Of a DNA stretch of 64,000 bases, positions 30,381-41,105 are shown piece after piece. The first letter of the stretch is position 1, and every line of letters begins with the position of its first letter. This stretch comes from Flavobacteriales bacterium AspAUS03 (lineage in GTDB: Bacteria > Bacteroidota > Bacteroidia > Flavobacteriales > Blattabacteriaceae). The translations under genes were made by a program, and so were the position numbers. The stretch is taken from positions 11,589-75,588 of the forward strand of contig CP180023.1 of the NCBI GenBank assembly GCA_047528275.1, written 5' to 3'. A model generated the notes under the pieces. It was not told the DNA's origin and searched no databases. It was given only the letters and a program-made list of their open reading frames with translations.

Positions 30381-30897
30381 TATTGTTTATGGACTATACG
30401 ATGATGACGACGTGCTGCTCGATGGAATAAAATTCTTGAAAAGCAAGGGTATAAAAATCAATGAAGTCTACACTCCATTTCCTGTACATGGCCTGGACAA
30501 GGCTTTAGACTTAAAGGAGACCCGTATCTCTAAACTCGCTTTTGTCTATAGCCTCTTCGGAACTATCTTAGCCACTGTTCTCACTTGGTATACAATGAAC
30601 TACGACTGGCCTCAAGATATTGGCGGTAAGTCTTCCTCTACTTGGTATATGAATATGCCAGCTTTTGTACCCATCATGTTTGAACTCATCGTATTCTGTA
30701 CTGCTCACTTTATGTGTATCACCTATCTGATCCGTTGTAGATTATTCCCGGGTACACAACCTCAAAATCCTGATCCGAGAACCACCGATGATAAATTCCT
30801 GATCGAGCTCCGTACCGAACAAGATACCGATGATCTGATCAGTTCCTTAAAGGAAAGTGGCGCCATAGAAATCACTGTAAAAAAGCTTGCCTCATGA
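30361..30897 (+). CDS. actD: Alternative complex III subunit ActD (DUF3341)
   Basis: A 178-aa ORF. It overlaps actC by 20 nt and actE by 4 nt, and has two TM segments in the middle. Confidence 0.85.
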   Translation: MSKATTNIVYGLYDDDDVLLDGIKFLKSKGIKINEVYTPFPVHGLDKALDLKETRISKLAFVYSLFGTILATVLTWYTMNYDWPQDIGGKSSSTWYMNMPAFVPIMFELIVFCTAHFMCITYLIRCRLFPGTQPQNPDPRTTDDKFLIELRTEQDTDDLISSLKESGAIEITVKKLAS

Positions 30898-31493
30898 AAA
30901 GACTGCGTTACATAGACCAACTCTCTATCCTCATCTTGGGATGCCTGGTCATTTCCTGCTTAAAAGATAAGTCTGAGCCCAAAATAGTTTATATGCCTGA
31001 CATGTATTATTCAGAAGCCTACGAACCCTATGCAGACCCTGTTCAGCCTTATACCGAGCAAAGCAACCAGGTACCTTTCTTCAAAAATGGAGGGACTTCA
31101 CTCCATCCAGTAGCAGGTACGGTTCCAAGGGAAGAAAACGGCCTCTTGCCTTATACCCTTCCTAACTCCAACGAAGGCTATGATGTTTCAAAAAAGATCA
31201 TTGTCTCTCCTTTGGGTCAACGTCAGGCAACAGCCAACCTAGAGAGAGGCAAGGCGATGTACATGATCAATTGCGCCGTGTGTCATGGAGAAAATGGAGA
31301 TGGACAGGGCATCCTAATGAAAAACGAAAAGATTTTAGGTGTGCCCAATTACAAGGACCGTGACATTACCATCGGTAGCATTTATCACGTGATCATGTAC
31401 GGTAGAAACAATATGGGAGACTATGCCTCACAACTCAGACCGGCAGACCGATGGAAGGTAGCCGAATATGTCATGCAACTGAAAAATCAATAA
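30894..31493 (+). CDS. actE: Alternative complex III subunit ActE (monohaem cytochrome c lipoprotein)
   Basis: A 199-aa ORF with a lipobox-like LVISC and a single CAVCH haem motif. Confidence 0.85.
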   Translation: MKRLRYIDQLSILILGCLVISCLKDKSEPKIVYMPDMYYSEAYEPYADPVQPYTEQSNQVPFFKNGGTSLHPVAGTVPREENGLLPYTLPNSNEGYDVSKKIIVSPLGQRQATANLERGKAMYMINCAVCHGENGDGQGILMKNEKILGVPNYKDRDITIGSIYHVIMYGRNNMGDYASQLRPADRWKVAEYVMQLKNQ

Positions 31494-31515
31494 TCTTTAA
31501 TAAGAAGTGAACGCC

Positions 31516-32841
31516 ATGTACCAGCCCTCATCTCAATTGAAAAAACTTTCATATATCTTGATGCTTATAGGCGCCTTCCTTTTAACATTTGGATTTTACC
31601 AAGGACTCTCAACTACAGCAGAAGAGGTTGAGAAATTTGTTCAAGCACATCCAAACCGGTTCGGAGAAGAGCAAACCTCTACCGAACACTCCAAAGAGAC
31701 CAAAAAACAACAAGCTGAACACGCTAAACATTTATTCAACCAAGCACATAATCGGCCTTGGTCTGCTTTGTACACAGCGGCTTTCTACTTCACAGGGATT
31801 TCGTTGGGGGTATTATTTTTCCTAGCGATACAGCACGCTGCACAGGCTGGGTGGTCCGTTGTAGTCAGCCGAGTCATGGAAGGTATTGCTTCATTCTTAC
31901 CTTATGGAGGAGCCATTGTACTGATTATACTAATCTTAAACACTTTAGGCGTTGTACATATGTTTCATTGGATAGATCCCTCTCTAGGTGATTCTAATTC
32001 GCCGAATTACGATGAACTCATCGCCAATAAAAAACCTTTTTTAAACACTTCTTTTTACATTGCAAGGAGCGTGATCTATCTGGTAGGATGGAATTTCTTC
32101 CTTTGTTGGATGAAACGCCTTTCGAAAAAGATGGATCAAACACATAGTGTGAAAGATCACCACAAGCTCCATGATGTGGCCGTAGGTTTCATCGCCTTCT
32201 TTGCCCTGACATCGATGATCATGGGTTGGGATTGGATCATGTCTTTAGATCCGCACTGGTTCAGTACACTGTTCGGTTGGTATGTCTTGGGGACTTACCT
32301 GGTCACTGGCATTACCATTATTGCTTTGACGGTTCTTTACTTAAAAAATCAGGGATTCCTCCCACACTTCAACAACAACCATCTCCACGACTTGGCCAAA
32401 TACATGTTTGCCACTAGTTTATTGTGGACTTACCTCTGGTTTTCACAATTTCTTTTGTATTGGTACGGAAACATACCAGAAGAAGTCATCTATTTCATGG
32501 ACAGGGCATGGCAGTACAACAATATTCATTTCTGGATGCTCATCCCTAACCTAGTACTCCCTCTTCTGGGATTGATCGGTAGCAACGTTAAGAGAAAACC
32601 CAAAGTGGTTATCACCTTCGGATATATCATCCTTATCGGACACTACATCGATGTATATAATATGGTCATGCCTGGCAGTGTAGGCGGATTTTATGGATTC
32701 GGCGCAGCAGAGATCGGAGCGTTATTACTCATGGGCGGTTTGTTTCTCTTTATCGTAAACAGAGCACTCAGCAAATTAGTACTCGAAGCCAAGGGTAATC
32801 AATTCTTCCACGAAAGCGAGGTTTATGAATATCCTTTTTAA
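31516..32841 (+). CDS. actF: Alternative complex III subunit ActF (second NrfD-like membrane subunit)
   Basis: A polytopic membrane ORF. I prefer the ATG at 31516 (MYQPSSQLKKLSYILML...) over the GTG at 31507. Confidence 0.85.
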   Translation: MYQPSSQLKKLSYILMLIGAFLLTFGFYQGLSTTAEEVEKFVQAHPNRFGEEQTSTEHSKETKKQQAEHAKHLFNQAHNRPWSALYTAAFYFTGISLGVLFFLAIQHAAQAGWSVVVSRVMEGIASFLPYGGAIVLIILILNTLGVVHMFHWIDPSLGDSNSPNYDELIANKKPFLNTSFYIARSVIYLVGWNFFLCWMKRLSKKMDQTHSVKDHHKLHDVAVGFIAFFALTSMIMGWDWIMSLDPHWFSTLFGWYVLGTYLVTGITIIALTVLYLKNQGFLPHFNNNHLHDLAKYMFATSLLWTYLWFSQFLLYWYGNIPEEVIYFMDRAWQYNNIHFWMLIPNLVLPLLGLIGSNVKRKPKVVITFGYIILIGHYIDVYNMVMPGSVGGFYGFGAAEIGALLLMGGLFLFIVNRALSKLVLEAKGNQFFHESEVYEYPF

Positions 32842-32920
32842 AAAGACATTTTAAAAAACCATCGCACGTCTCCACTAGAAAAAAGGAAAAAAATAGGGAT
32901 ATGAATCACAATCCTTTAGC

Positions 32921-33310
32921 CTATTCGATAAAAATGCTCAATAAGATCAGTAGCAATACTATAGTCGATATCAATACGTAAATCCTATCACGCTCCAAAA
33001 AAAAGGCTACGCACGAAAATACTATACGTAGAATTGGTGTAGCCAAAAGGAAGAGTATCCCTAATTGGGTAAGAGCTTTCCCTTTGAACTGCATCAAACC
33101 GTGCATCACTGCTGAGAAAGAAGTCAATCCATCGACCTGTCCCTGAAACACATCATAACCTACCGAAACGCCAGCTTGTGTACTCAGTAAAACGAATTCT
33201 CCGATCACTGTGATGATAAGAGAGAGTAATACCCCCCATCGTAAGATGAGGCCAATCAAAACGTTTATATCCATATAGTTGTAAAAATATTTAAAGTTTC
33301 TTTTTCTCAT
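32921..33310 (-). CDS. DUF1634 membrane protein (partner of TauE/SafE)
   Basis: A 129-aa ORF with four TM segments. It overlaps the upstream TauE-like gene by 4 nt. Confidence 0.7.
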   Translation of the reverse strand: MRKRNFKYFYNYMDINVLIGLILRWGVLLSLIITVIGEFVLLSTQAGVSVGYDVFQGQVDGLTSFSAVMHGLMQFKGKALTQLGILFLLATPILRIVFSCVAFFLERDRIYVLISTIVLLLILLSIFIE

Positions 33311-34143
33311 ATCCCACCAATAAAACCATTATAAATCATTTGTATAGATAGGAAAAAAACAACTACAACAAATATTATCCTTAAATACTTAGGAAGGGCT
33401 TCGACCAATATCCTCGATCCGGTGAAAGACCCAGCCAACACGCCGACCACTACAGGAGCCGATAAAACCGGGTCGATATAACCACGCTGGAAATAGATCA
33501 CAGCACTAGCTACCGCAGTAACCCCGATCATAAAATTGCTTGTCGTGGTAGAGACTTTAAAAGGGATGTGCATGATGCTATCCATAGCGATGACTTTTAA
33601 AGCTCCTGAACCAACGCCAAAAAGACCCGAGAGGATGCCGGCAAAGGTCATCATACCAAATCCACCTCTGATATGGCTAACCTTGTACGATTTTACTCCA
33701 TCTGACGTGGGATAACTACTATTAAGCTTGAGCCGTTCAGCCCATAGATCTTCTCTTTGATCAACATGTTCTACTGCTCTCTTTTTCAAAGATATCAACA
33801 CTGAAAATATCAACAGAATCCCGAAGAAAACAGCTATATCATTCGTATCAAAGTAAGAAGCAATCAGTGCGCCGATGATAGCGCCCAAAGTCGTAGCAAT
33901 CTCCAAAAATATACCCAAACGGATATTGGTGATCCTCTCCTTTATATAAACTGCTGCTGATCCTGAAGAAGTGGCAATGACGGCTACCAAAGAAGATCCT
34001 ATCGCATAATGGATATCCACTTTCAATAGTAAAGTGAGTAAGGGAATTATCACTACTCCACCACCCAAACCAGTCAAAGACCCGAAAAGGCCTGCTAAAT
34101 AAGCTCCAACCAAAATGATCGTGCTCAATATAATTAAGGACAT
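33307..34143 (-). CDS. TauE/SafE-family sulfite/anion exporter
   Basis: A 278-aa polytopic ORF, Gly-rich, with an internal duplication typical of the family. Confidence 0.8.
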   Translation of the reverse strand: MSLIILSTIILVGAYLAGLFGSLTGLGGGVVIIPLLTLLLKVDIHYAIGSSLVAVIATSSGSAAVYIKERITNIRLGIFLEIATTLGAIIGALIASYFDTNDIAVFFGILLIFSVLISLKKRAVEHVDQREDLWAERLKLNSSYPTSDGVKSYKVSHIRGGFGMMTFAGILSGLFGVGSGALKVIAMDSIMHIPFKVSTTTSNFMIGVTAVASAVIYFQRGYIDPVLSAPVVVGVLAGSFTGSRILVEALPKYLRIIFVVVVFFLSIQMIYNGFIGGI

Positions 34144-34377
34144 ATTATTTTATCACTTCCATCTAACCCATAGACTAGTGCTAACGAATATAACAAATAA
34201 TTTTGATACACTTCTGAAGTAATCTCATCTCAAAAAATTAGCTGTGATCGCAACGGATCGTATACAGGTAACCATTGATCATTATAAAGACCAGATTAAG
34301 AAAGAAAATTTTTATAAATATCTCACTAAAAATTTTGCGAGAGTATAAAAAATTTTATACCTTGCAAAAAAAAAGTT

Positions 34378-35745
34378 ATGAAATTTTTTTTATATCTCAC
34401 AGCGACAGTCTTATCATTAGGATTGTCATATCAATCACAAGCTCAACAAATTACTATCGATAAACAGACCTTTCGATTCGGAGGATATACGAAAACAGGT
34501 ATTGGCTCCAGTCAAGGCGGAGTAACTCAAGCAGATTTTAAGGCCCCTGGCGCTCAATCCAAATATCGCTTGGGGAACGAGGCAAACAACTATTTAGAAT
34601 ACCAGTTGAGTTATGAGTACATGCTGAATCGTGAAAAAGGCAAATCCTTTGAGTTCGTATATATGGGATCAGGCTACTCAGAATTCGAAAAGACTAGCCA
34701 ATTTGCCATCAATGATATCAACCAACTTTACGTCAAAATGAATAACCTCTACAATAATATCGATGTATGGTTGGGAAGGCGATATTACTATAGGAAATCA
34801 ATCCAAATATTAGACCACTGGTGGCTCAACCCAGACTCTCAAGCGCAAGGTGCTATAGGCGTAGAAGGCCTTAGGAGAAAAGACAAATCAGATGACATCA
34901 AAATTGCTCTATTTAAATACGAAGACCCGAAAGCAAAGGCCTTCAATCCTAAGATTGATTCAGCAAAGGAAGGTACTCTAAACAGTTACAAATTAGATGC
35001 ACGTTGGGTAGATATTCCAGTCAATAAAGGAGGAACACTCAATTTCGTCGTCGACTATTCTGTGAGAGCGGCGAGAAAAGATTTGGGATTCGATTCGAAA
35101 AATGGATTTGGATTGGGTCTCTGGCATGAGCAAAAAGATCTCTTCGGTGGAAAAGTTAAGAACACTTTTGCCGTGTTATACAGAAAAGGGACTTCCATAA
35201 TACATCAACATACCTATTCGGGTGTTGCTAATAGAGAAAATGAACTCTCAAGCCAATACGATATCGGGTACAACCTAGATAAAGCCTATTCATTTGAAGT
35301 CAATAACAACGCCTTTATCGAATACGATAAACAATTCTCCTTAGAAGGTAATCTAATGTATCACATTGAAAATCAAGGTGTAATACCATATAACTATCGT
35401 ACTGGGAAAAAAATAGTCATAGGAGACAACGTACAATGGTTCAGCACAGGTTTTAGATATCTTTATTACCTACACAAACACCTCAATCTGGCCTTGGAAG
35501 TAGGGGCCGATTACGTAGACAACAAAACTGTCACCAATATGCGTCACGTAACTGGCTGGTTGACCAAGATTACCTTCTCACCGCAGATCTCATGGAATTA
35601 CGGCTATTGGTCTCGTCCCGTGATACGCCCATTTATCACCTATGCCTTTTGGGATAAGAGCATGAAAAGACTCGTAGGTAATACACCTTATTCAAATCGT
35701 ACTGATGGTTTTACCTTTGGGGCACAATTGGAGATCTGGTGGTAA
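34378..35745 (+). CDS. LamB/maltoporin-like carbohydrate porin
   Basis: A 455-aa ORF with a signal peptide ending SQAQQ. It contains FRFGGYTKTGIG, SKYRLGNEANNY and VWLGRRYYYRKSIQILDHWW, and has a terminal aromatic residue (W). Confidence 0.75.
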   Translation: MKFFLYLTATVLSLGLSYQSQAQQITIDKQTFRFGGYTKTGIGSSQGGVTQADFKAPGAQSKYRLGNEANNYLEYQLSYEYMLNREKGKSFEFVYMGSGYSEFEKTSQFAINDINQLYVKMNNLYNNIDVWLGRRYYYRKSIQILDHWWLNPDSQAQGAIGVEGLRRKDKSDDIKIALFKYEDPKAKAFNPKIDSAKEGTLNSYKLDARWVDIPVNKGGTLNFVVDYSVRAARKDLGFDSKNGFGLGLWHEQKDLFGGKVKNTFAVLYRKGTSIIHQHTYSGVANRENELSSQYDIGYNLDKAYSFEVNNNAFIEYDKQFSLEGNLMYHIENQGVIPYNYRTGKKIVIGDNVQWFSTGFRYLYYLHKHLNLALEVGADYVDNKTVTNMRHVTGWLTKITFSPQISWNYGYWSRPVIRPFITYAFWDKSMKRLVGNTPYSNRTDGFTFGAQLEIWW

Positions 35746-35890
35746 GATCCATCTGATCCTTCCAGATGAACCCGTTTTCAAATCTCCTTAATGATCCCCT
35801 TTTTTCATCATGATATTCATCCTAAAATGACAGATGTAAAAAGGGGAGATTTTAGATATAAAAACTGTACAATAAAAGGAAATATTCAAA

Positions 35891-36523
35891 TTAACGTTCT
35901 TCGTGTGCAAATGCCCTCTTAGTAAACAAAAGTAATAGCACTACACCTATCGATATTGCAGTATCAGCGATATTGAAAATAGGCTTAAAAAACTCAAAAC
36001 ATTGCCCACCAAGATAAGGGACCCATTCAGGCAAACAGGAATCAATCATCGGGAAACAAAGCATATCAACCACAGAACCCCCCATGAAAAAAGAATAGCC
36101 TGGTATACGAAATTCGGAAATACCTTTATAACTTATCCATTTACCTAATAAATCATCGAATACCATACCTGTATCGAATATCAAGCCGTAAAAAGCACTA
36201 TCGACGAGATTTCCGATAGCTCCAGCAAAAATCAAGCTCATAGGAATGATAAAGTGATTCGATGCACCTTTTTTGATATGATGACCAATCCACCAAAGTA
36301 TAGCGGAACTAAGAATCAAGCGAAGGATGCTCAATAATATCTTCCCTCCATAGCCTACCCCAAGATGAAGACCATAGGCCATTCCAGGATTTTCCCCAAA
36401 AGATATTTCAAAGCCTGGAAAAATTTTCACGCTCTCACCTATTTCAAAATGGGTTTTAATATAGACCTTTAGACTTTGATCCAGCAAAAAAACCAATAAT
36501 GTAATCAGGCTAATTTTTTTCAA
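35891..36523 (-). CDS. lspA: Lipoprotein signal peptidase II
   Basis: A 210-aa ORF with catalytic-Asp regions GAIGNLVDS and FNIADTAISIG. Confidence 0.9.
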   Translation of the reverse strand: MKKISLITLLVFLLDQSLKVYIKTHFEIGESVKIFPGFEISFGENPGMAYGLHLGVGYGGKILLSILRLILSSAILWWIGHHIKKGASNHFIIPMSLIFAGAIGNLVDSAFYGLIFDTGMVFDDLLGKWISYKGISEFRIPGYSFFMGGSVVDMLCFPMIDSCLPEWVPYLGGQCFEFFKPIFNIADTAISIGVVLLLLFTKRAFAHEER

Positions 36524-36546
36524 TTGATAAAAATTAATTGTACTAT

Positions 36547-36945
36547 TTATCTTTTTCCTTCAATGATCTGCTTACCTTCAATGCTTAATGTGGTATGAGG
36601 TACGATCATCAGACGCTCTTTAGGGATCAAATTCCCTGTAACACGGCAAACACCATAATCTTGGATTTCTACCCGGACCAAAGCCATTTCCAATCCACGA
36701 ATAAATTTTTGTACATGTGACATCAGTTGTGCATTTTGCTCCTTATTCAAGGTTTCAGAGCCTTCTTCGAAAGCTTTGAATGTAGGCGAGGTATCATCCG
36801 TACCATTGTTTTTATCATTAACAAAGGACTCTTTGAGTATGGTTAAATCTTTCCTAGCTTTGTCCAACTTCTCTAGAATGATTCGACGAAATTCTTCTCT
36901 TTCTTCTTTCGAATATCTTATTTTCTCTTTTTCCTTTGTTTTCAT
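36547..36945 (-). CDS. DksA/TraR-family regulator, Bacteroidota type (only one Cys of the usual C4 finger)
   Basis: A 132-aa ORF with a coiled N-terminus and YGVCRVTGNLIPKERLMIVPHTTLSIEGK. Its start overlaps the ileS stop (ATGA). Confidence 0.8.
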   Translation of the reverse strand: MKTKEKEKIRYSKEEREEFRRIILEKLDKARKDLTILKESFVNDKNNGTDDTSPTFKAFEEGSETLNKEQNAQLMSHVQKFIRGLEMALVRVEIQDYGVCRVTGNLIPKERLMIVPHTTLSIEGKQIIEGKR

Positions 36946-39900
36946 AAACGCTCCTTTTTTTGGATGAACACCCCCACTTGATGACCTTCGAGATCCAATA
37001 CCGTTCCGTTTTTCATAGCTTTTCCTAAAAACAAGTCCAAAGCAAGAGTTTCTTCACAAATATAGTTCTTATTCTTTTCCACGGCCCGCTGCAGCGCCAA
37101 AGGACCATCGATACGTACAACGATCTTGTCCGTAACTTCAAAACCTTGCTGTTTTCTCAAATGTTGTATCCGATTGACTAGGCTTCTGGCTAAACCTTCT
37201 TGTTGTAGGGTTTCTGTTAAGTGTATATCCAAAGCTACGATCAAACCATTAGAAGAGGCTATTGACCAACCTTTGATATCTTTGGTAGTGATCTCGACTT
37301 CTTCCAAAGCAATGTACACCCTCTCATCCCCTATAGAAAATATATATCCTCCCTCCTGCTCGATCTGATGAATGTCTTCTTGTGTAAAACGTCCCATGGC
37401 TTGAGCGAGTTGTTTAATCCCTTTCCCTAGCTTGGGGCCCAAAATTTTATAACCAGGTTTGATATGCTTAACCAAAATGGCCGAAGCTTGATCAGGACTC
37501 AAAAGCTCGATCTTCTTGACATTGACTTCTTGGGCAATCCACTGGAATACAGTTTTCAGGCGGACACGTACAGCATCATTTTCAGCCAAGATCATCAACT
37601 TTTGTAAGGGCTGCCGAACCCTGATGTTCTCCTTTTTCCTTAGGGAAAACACCATAGAGGTAATCTGTTGAGTCAGACGAACACGCTTACCCAATTCTTG
37701 GTCGATAGTAGCAATATCGTACTTGGGGAAATAAGCTAAATGAACACTCTCAAAACCTTCCTTTTTCGTAGGATAATCTAAGTCTTGATAAAGCCGATCC
37801 ATGAAAAACGGTGCAATGGGAGCCGCTAATTTGGCTATGGTAAACAAACAGGTGTACAAGGTCTGATAAGCTGCAATCTTGTCCTTGGTATAGTCCCCTT
37901 TCCAAAAGCGACGACGGCAAAGACGTACATACCAGTTACTCAAGTCGTCTGTAACAAAATCTGCTATGGAACGTGCGGCCCGAGTAGAATTATAATTAGC
38001 ATAATAGTCATCGACCTGTCTGATAAGGTTATGCAATTCTGAGAGGATCCAACGATCGAGCTCAGTACGGTTTTGAAGAGGAATGTCTGCTTCCTTATAT
38101 CGAAAACCATCTACATTGGCATACAACGCGAAAAAAGCATAAATATTGTATAACGTACCGAAGTATTTTCGTTTCACTTCATCGATACCTTCTACATCAA
38201 ATCTGAGATTTTCCCAAGGCTGAGCATTAGCTATCATATACCAACGTGTAGAATCAGAACCATAGGTTTCCAATATTTCAAAAGGATTCACAGTATTACC
38301 TTTGTTTTTGGACATCTTTTGTCCGGACTTATCTAAGACCAACCCATTGGATATCACATTTCTAAATGCGAATGAATCAAACAACATACAAGCAATAGCA
38401 TGCAACGTATAAAACCATCCTCTAGTTTGATCTACACCTTCGGCAATGAAATCGGCCGGAAAAGTCTGCCTTTGATCGACGAGTTCCTTATTTTCAAAAG
38501 GGTAATGTAAAGCAGCATAAGGCATGGCCCCCGAATCGAACCAGACATCTATCAGATCGGCTTCTCGTTTCATAGGCCGACCTGATGGAGAAACCAAGAT
38601 GATCTGGTCTATCACGTGCTTGTGCAAATCGATTCGTTGATAATTCTCCGGACTCATATCACCCACGACGAAGTCCTTAAATGGGTTTTCTATCATGAAC
38701 CCTTTTCGAACAGCCTTTTCGATCTCGACGATCAATTCCTCTACAGATCCAATGATGCATTCCTCATCACCTTCTTCAGTACGCCAGATCGGTAGAGGCA
38801 CACCCCAATATCTCGAGCGAGACAGATTCCAATCATTGAGATTTTCCAACCAATGGCCAAAACGTCCTTTTCCCTTGGCTTTGGGGATCCAACGAATCGC
38901 CTTGAATAAGGCGATCATCCGCTCTTTAACCGCTGTGGTCTTGATGAACCAGGAATCCAACGGATAATACAAAATAGGTTTTTCTGTTCGCCAGCAATGG
39001 GGATAAGTATGAGTGTATTTTTTAATTTTAAAAGCTTTGTTTTCAGCCTTCAGCAGGATAGCGATCTCTAGATCTCCCGAACGCTCTGGAGCTTGATCTT
39101 TTTTATAATATTCGTTCCTAACGTATTGACCAGCAAAATCTTTAGGAAGTATCTTGATGAATCGTCCTTGCAAATCGACCAACGGAACGGGACGGCCAAC
39201 TTCATCCAATACCAACATGGGCGGTACACCATACTGCTTGGCTACAATAGCATCATCCGAACCAAAAGTAGGAGCTGTGTGAACAATGCCAGTTCCTTCG
39301 GTTATGGTAATAAAATCGCCCGAGATGACCTGAAAAGCATTTTCAACTGCTTGATAAGGCAAGGCCCAAGGTAACAACTGCTCATAACGACTCCCGATAA
39401 GCTCCTTCCCTTTGAATGCCTGCATAACGAAATAAGGAATTTTTTTATCAGTCTTCTGAAATCTTTTCCATTCAGTTTCCTCCACCACAGGGAAATATTT
39501 ATCCGAAAACAGTTTACCAACGAGATCTCGAGCCAAGACAACCCACATTGGTGAGAAAGTATATTGATTGTATGTGGATACTACGACGTACTCAATATCA
39601 GTCCCTACAGTCAAAGCAGTATTGGCAGGCAGTGTCCAAGGAGTGGTGGTCCAGGCTAGGAAATACACATCTCCTGGGATCGTTTGAAATATTTGAGGAA
39701 GGGTCTCTTTTTTGGCTTTAAATTGGGCCACGATGGTCGTATCGGTAATATCTTTATAAGCTCCGGGTAAGTTTAACTCATGAGAACTCAATCCGGTACC
39801 CGCCGCTGGAGAATAGGGCTGTATGGTATACCCTTTATAAAGCCAACCTTTTTGATATAAGCGTTTCAACAGCCACCAGAGGCTTTCCATGTACTTAGCT

Positions 39901-40361
39901 TCATAAGTGATATAAGGATTATCCAAATCTACCCAAAAACCAATCCGATCAGTTAGTTCGTTCCAAGCCTCGGTATAGCGCATGACTGAAGATCTACAAG
40001 CCTCGTTGTAATCCGCTACGCTGATCTTCTGTCCGATATCTTCTTTAGTGATACCTAGCTCTTTTTCGACACCTAACTCAATAGGTAGACCATGTGTGTC
40101 CCAGCCTGCTTTACGTTTGACTTGTTTACCCTTCAGAGTATGATAGCGACAAAAGATATCCTTAATCGTCCTGGACATGACATGGTGTATCCCCGGCATA
40201 CCATTGGCAGAAGGCGGACCTTCATAAAAAATATAAGAGGGATTTCCTTTACGAGAATGAATGCTTTTTTGAAATATGTCGTTTTTTTCCCAATACTTCC
40301 TAATCTCATCCGTAAGGGACTTAAAGTCCAATTGTTTGTATTCCCTGAATGATTCCGACAT
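36942..40361 (-). CDS. ileS: Isoleucine--tRNA ligase
   Basis: A 1139-aa ORF. The class I motifs are PPSANGMPGIHHV (HIGH-like) and KMSKNKGN (KMSKS). Confidence 0.97.
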   Translation of the reverse strand: MSESFREYKQLDFKSLTDEIRKYWEKNDIFQKSIHSRKGNPSYIFYEGPPSANGMPGIHHVMSRTIKDIFCRYHTLKGKQVKRKAGWDTHGLPIELGVEKELGITKEDIGQKISVADYNEACRSSVMRYTEAWNELTDRIGFWVDLDNPYITYEAKYMESLWWLLKRLYQKGWLYKGYTIQPYSPAAGTGLSSHELNLPGAYKDITDTTIVAQFKAKKETLPQIFQTIPGDVYFLAWTTTPWTLPANTALTVGTDIEYVVVSTYNQYTFSPMWVVLARDLVGKLFSDKYFPVVEETEWKRFQKTDKKIPYFVMQAFKGKELIGSRYEQLLPWALPYQAVENAFQVISGDFITITEGTGIVHTAPTFGSDDAIVAKQYGVPPMLVLDEVGRPVPLVDLQGRFIKILPKDFAGQYVRNEYYKKDQAPERSGDLEIAILLKAENKAFKIKKYTHTYPHCWRTEKPILYYPLDSWFIKTTAVKERMIALFKAIRWIPKAKGKGRFGHWLENLNDWNLSRSRYWGVPLPIWRTEEGDEECIIGSVEELIVEIEKAVRKGFMIENPFKDFVVGDMSPENYQRIDLHKHVIDQIILVSPSGRPMKREADLIDVWFDSGAMPYAALHYPFENKELVDQRQTFPADFIAEGVDQTRGWFYTLHAIACMLFDSFAFRNVISNGLVLDKSGQKMSKNKGNTVNPFEILETYGSDSTRWYMIANAQPWENLRFDVEGIDEVKRKYFGTLYNIYAFFALYANVDGFRYKEADIPLQNRTELDRWILSELHNLIRQVDDYYANYNSTRAARSIADFVTDDLSNWYVRLCRRRFWKGDYTKDKIAAYQTLYTCLFTIAKLAAPIAPFFMDRLYQDLDYPTKKEGFESVHLAYFPKYDIATIDQELGKRVRLTQQITSMVFSLRKKENIRVRQPLQKLMILAENDAVRVRLKTVFQWIAQEVNVKKIELLSPDQASAILVKHIKPGYKILGPKLGKGIKQLAQAMGRFTQEDIHQIEQEGGYIFSIGDERVYIALEEVEITTKDIKGWSIASSNGLIVALDIHLTETLQQEGLARSLVNRIQHLRKQQGFEVTDKIVVRIDGPLALQRAVEKNKNYICEETLALDLFLGKAMKNGTVLDLEGHQVGVFIQKKERL

Positions 40362-40488
40362 GATATATCAAAAAGAAGCATTGAACAAAAGCAGCTTGAG
40401 CCTATAGAGTTTAATAGAAATGATCATATGAGTTGCTAGTAATCAACCTCGTAAAGAATAATAAAACCACCTCTTAACCTCTAAAAAG

Positions 40489-40562
40489 CTCCCCAGGCTG
40501 GGCTTGAACCAGCGACCCCCTGATTAACAGTCAGGTGCTCTAACCAACTGAGCTACTGAGGA
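40489..40562 (-). tRNA. tRNA-Asn (anticodon GTT)
   Basis: The reverse complement folds as a cloverleaf by hand. The acceptor stem is TCCTCAG/CTGGGGA, the D-arm is AGCTCAGTTGGTTAGAGC, the anticodon stem-loop is CCTGA-CTGTTAA-TCAGG, and the T-arm is GGTTCAAGCCC. CCA is not encoded. Confidence 0.9.
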
Positions 40563-40718
40563 TCATATAAAACTTATAACGACGGATGCAAAGATACCAT
40601 TTTGTTGGATTTTATCATATGAGAAAAATCGTCGTCAAAATTTTTTAAGAAAAAGTTTCTCATTTTATTAGACTTCAAACGAACAAAAATTCAATAGCTT
40701 CGTCACAAAAAGTCAATC

Positions 40719-41105
40719 ATGAAATCATTTGTTTTGATGTTTTCTGCCATCTCGGGTAGCCTGTCCATTGTCTTAGGGGCCTTCGGCGCACATGCTTTGA
40801 AAAAGATCTTACCCGACGAAAAATTGCTTAGTTTTGAGAATGGAGTTTGTTATCAAATGTATCAAACTTTGGCCCTATTGACCCTTGGACTATTTTTGAA
40901 CATTCAAAACAACTTAGAAAAATGGTCTCTCGGATGTATAATGCTCGGGGTTTTTCTTTTTTCTGGGAGTATTTATATACTCTCTCTCGGGGGCCATTTG
41001 GGATGGAATGTGAGATTTTTGGGCTTAGTGACACCTCTTGGAGGACTATTAATAATCATTGGATGGGCTCTATTGGCCATCGTATTTGCTAAGATGCACT
41101 TTTGA
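40719..41105 (+). CDS. DUF423 (YgdD/TMEM256-like) small membrane protein
   Basis: A 128-aa ORF with four TM segments and GAFGAHALK near the N-terminus. Confidence 0.8.
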   Translation: MKSFVLMFSAISGSLSIVLGAFGAHALKKILPDEKLLSFENGVCYQMYQTLALLTLGLFLNIQNNLEKWSLGCIMLGVFLFSGSIYILSLGGHLGWNVRFLGLVTPLGGLLIIIGWALLAIVFAKMHF

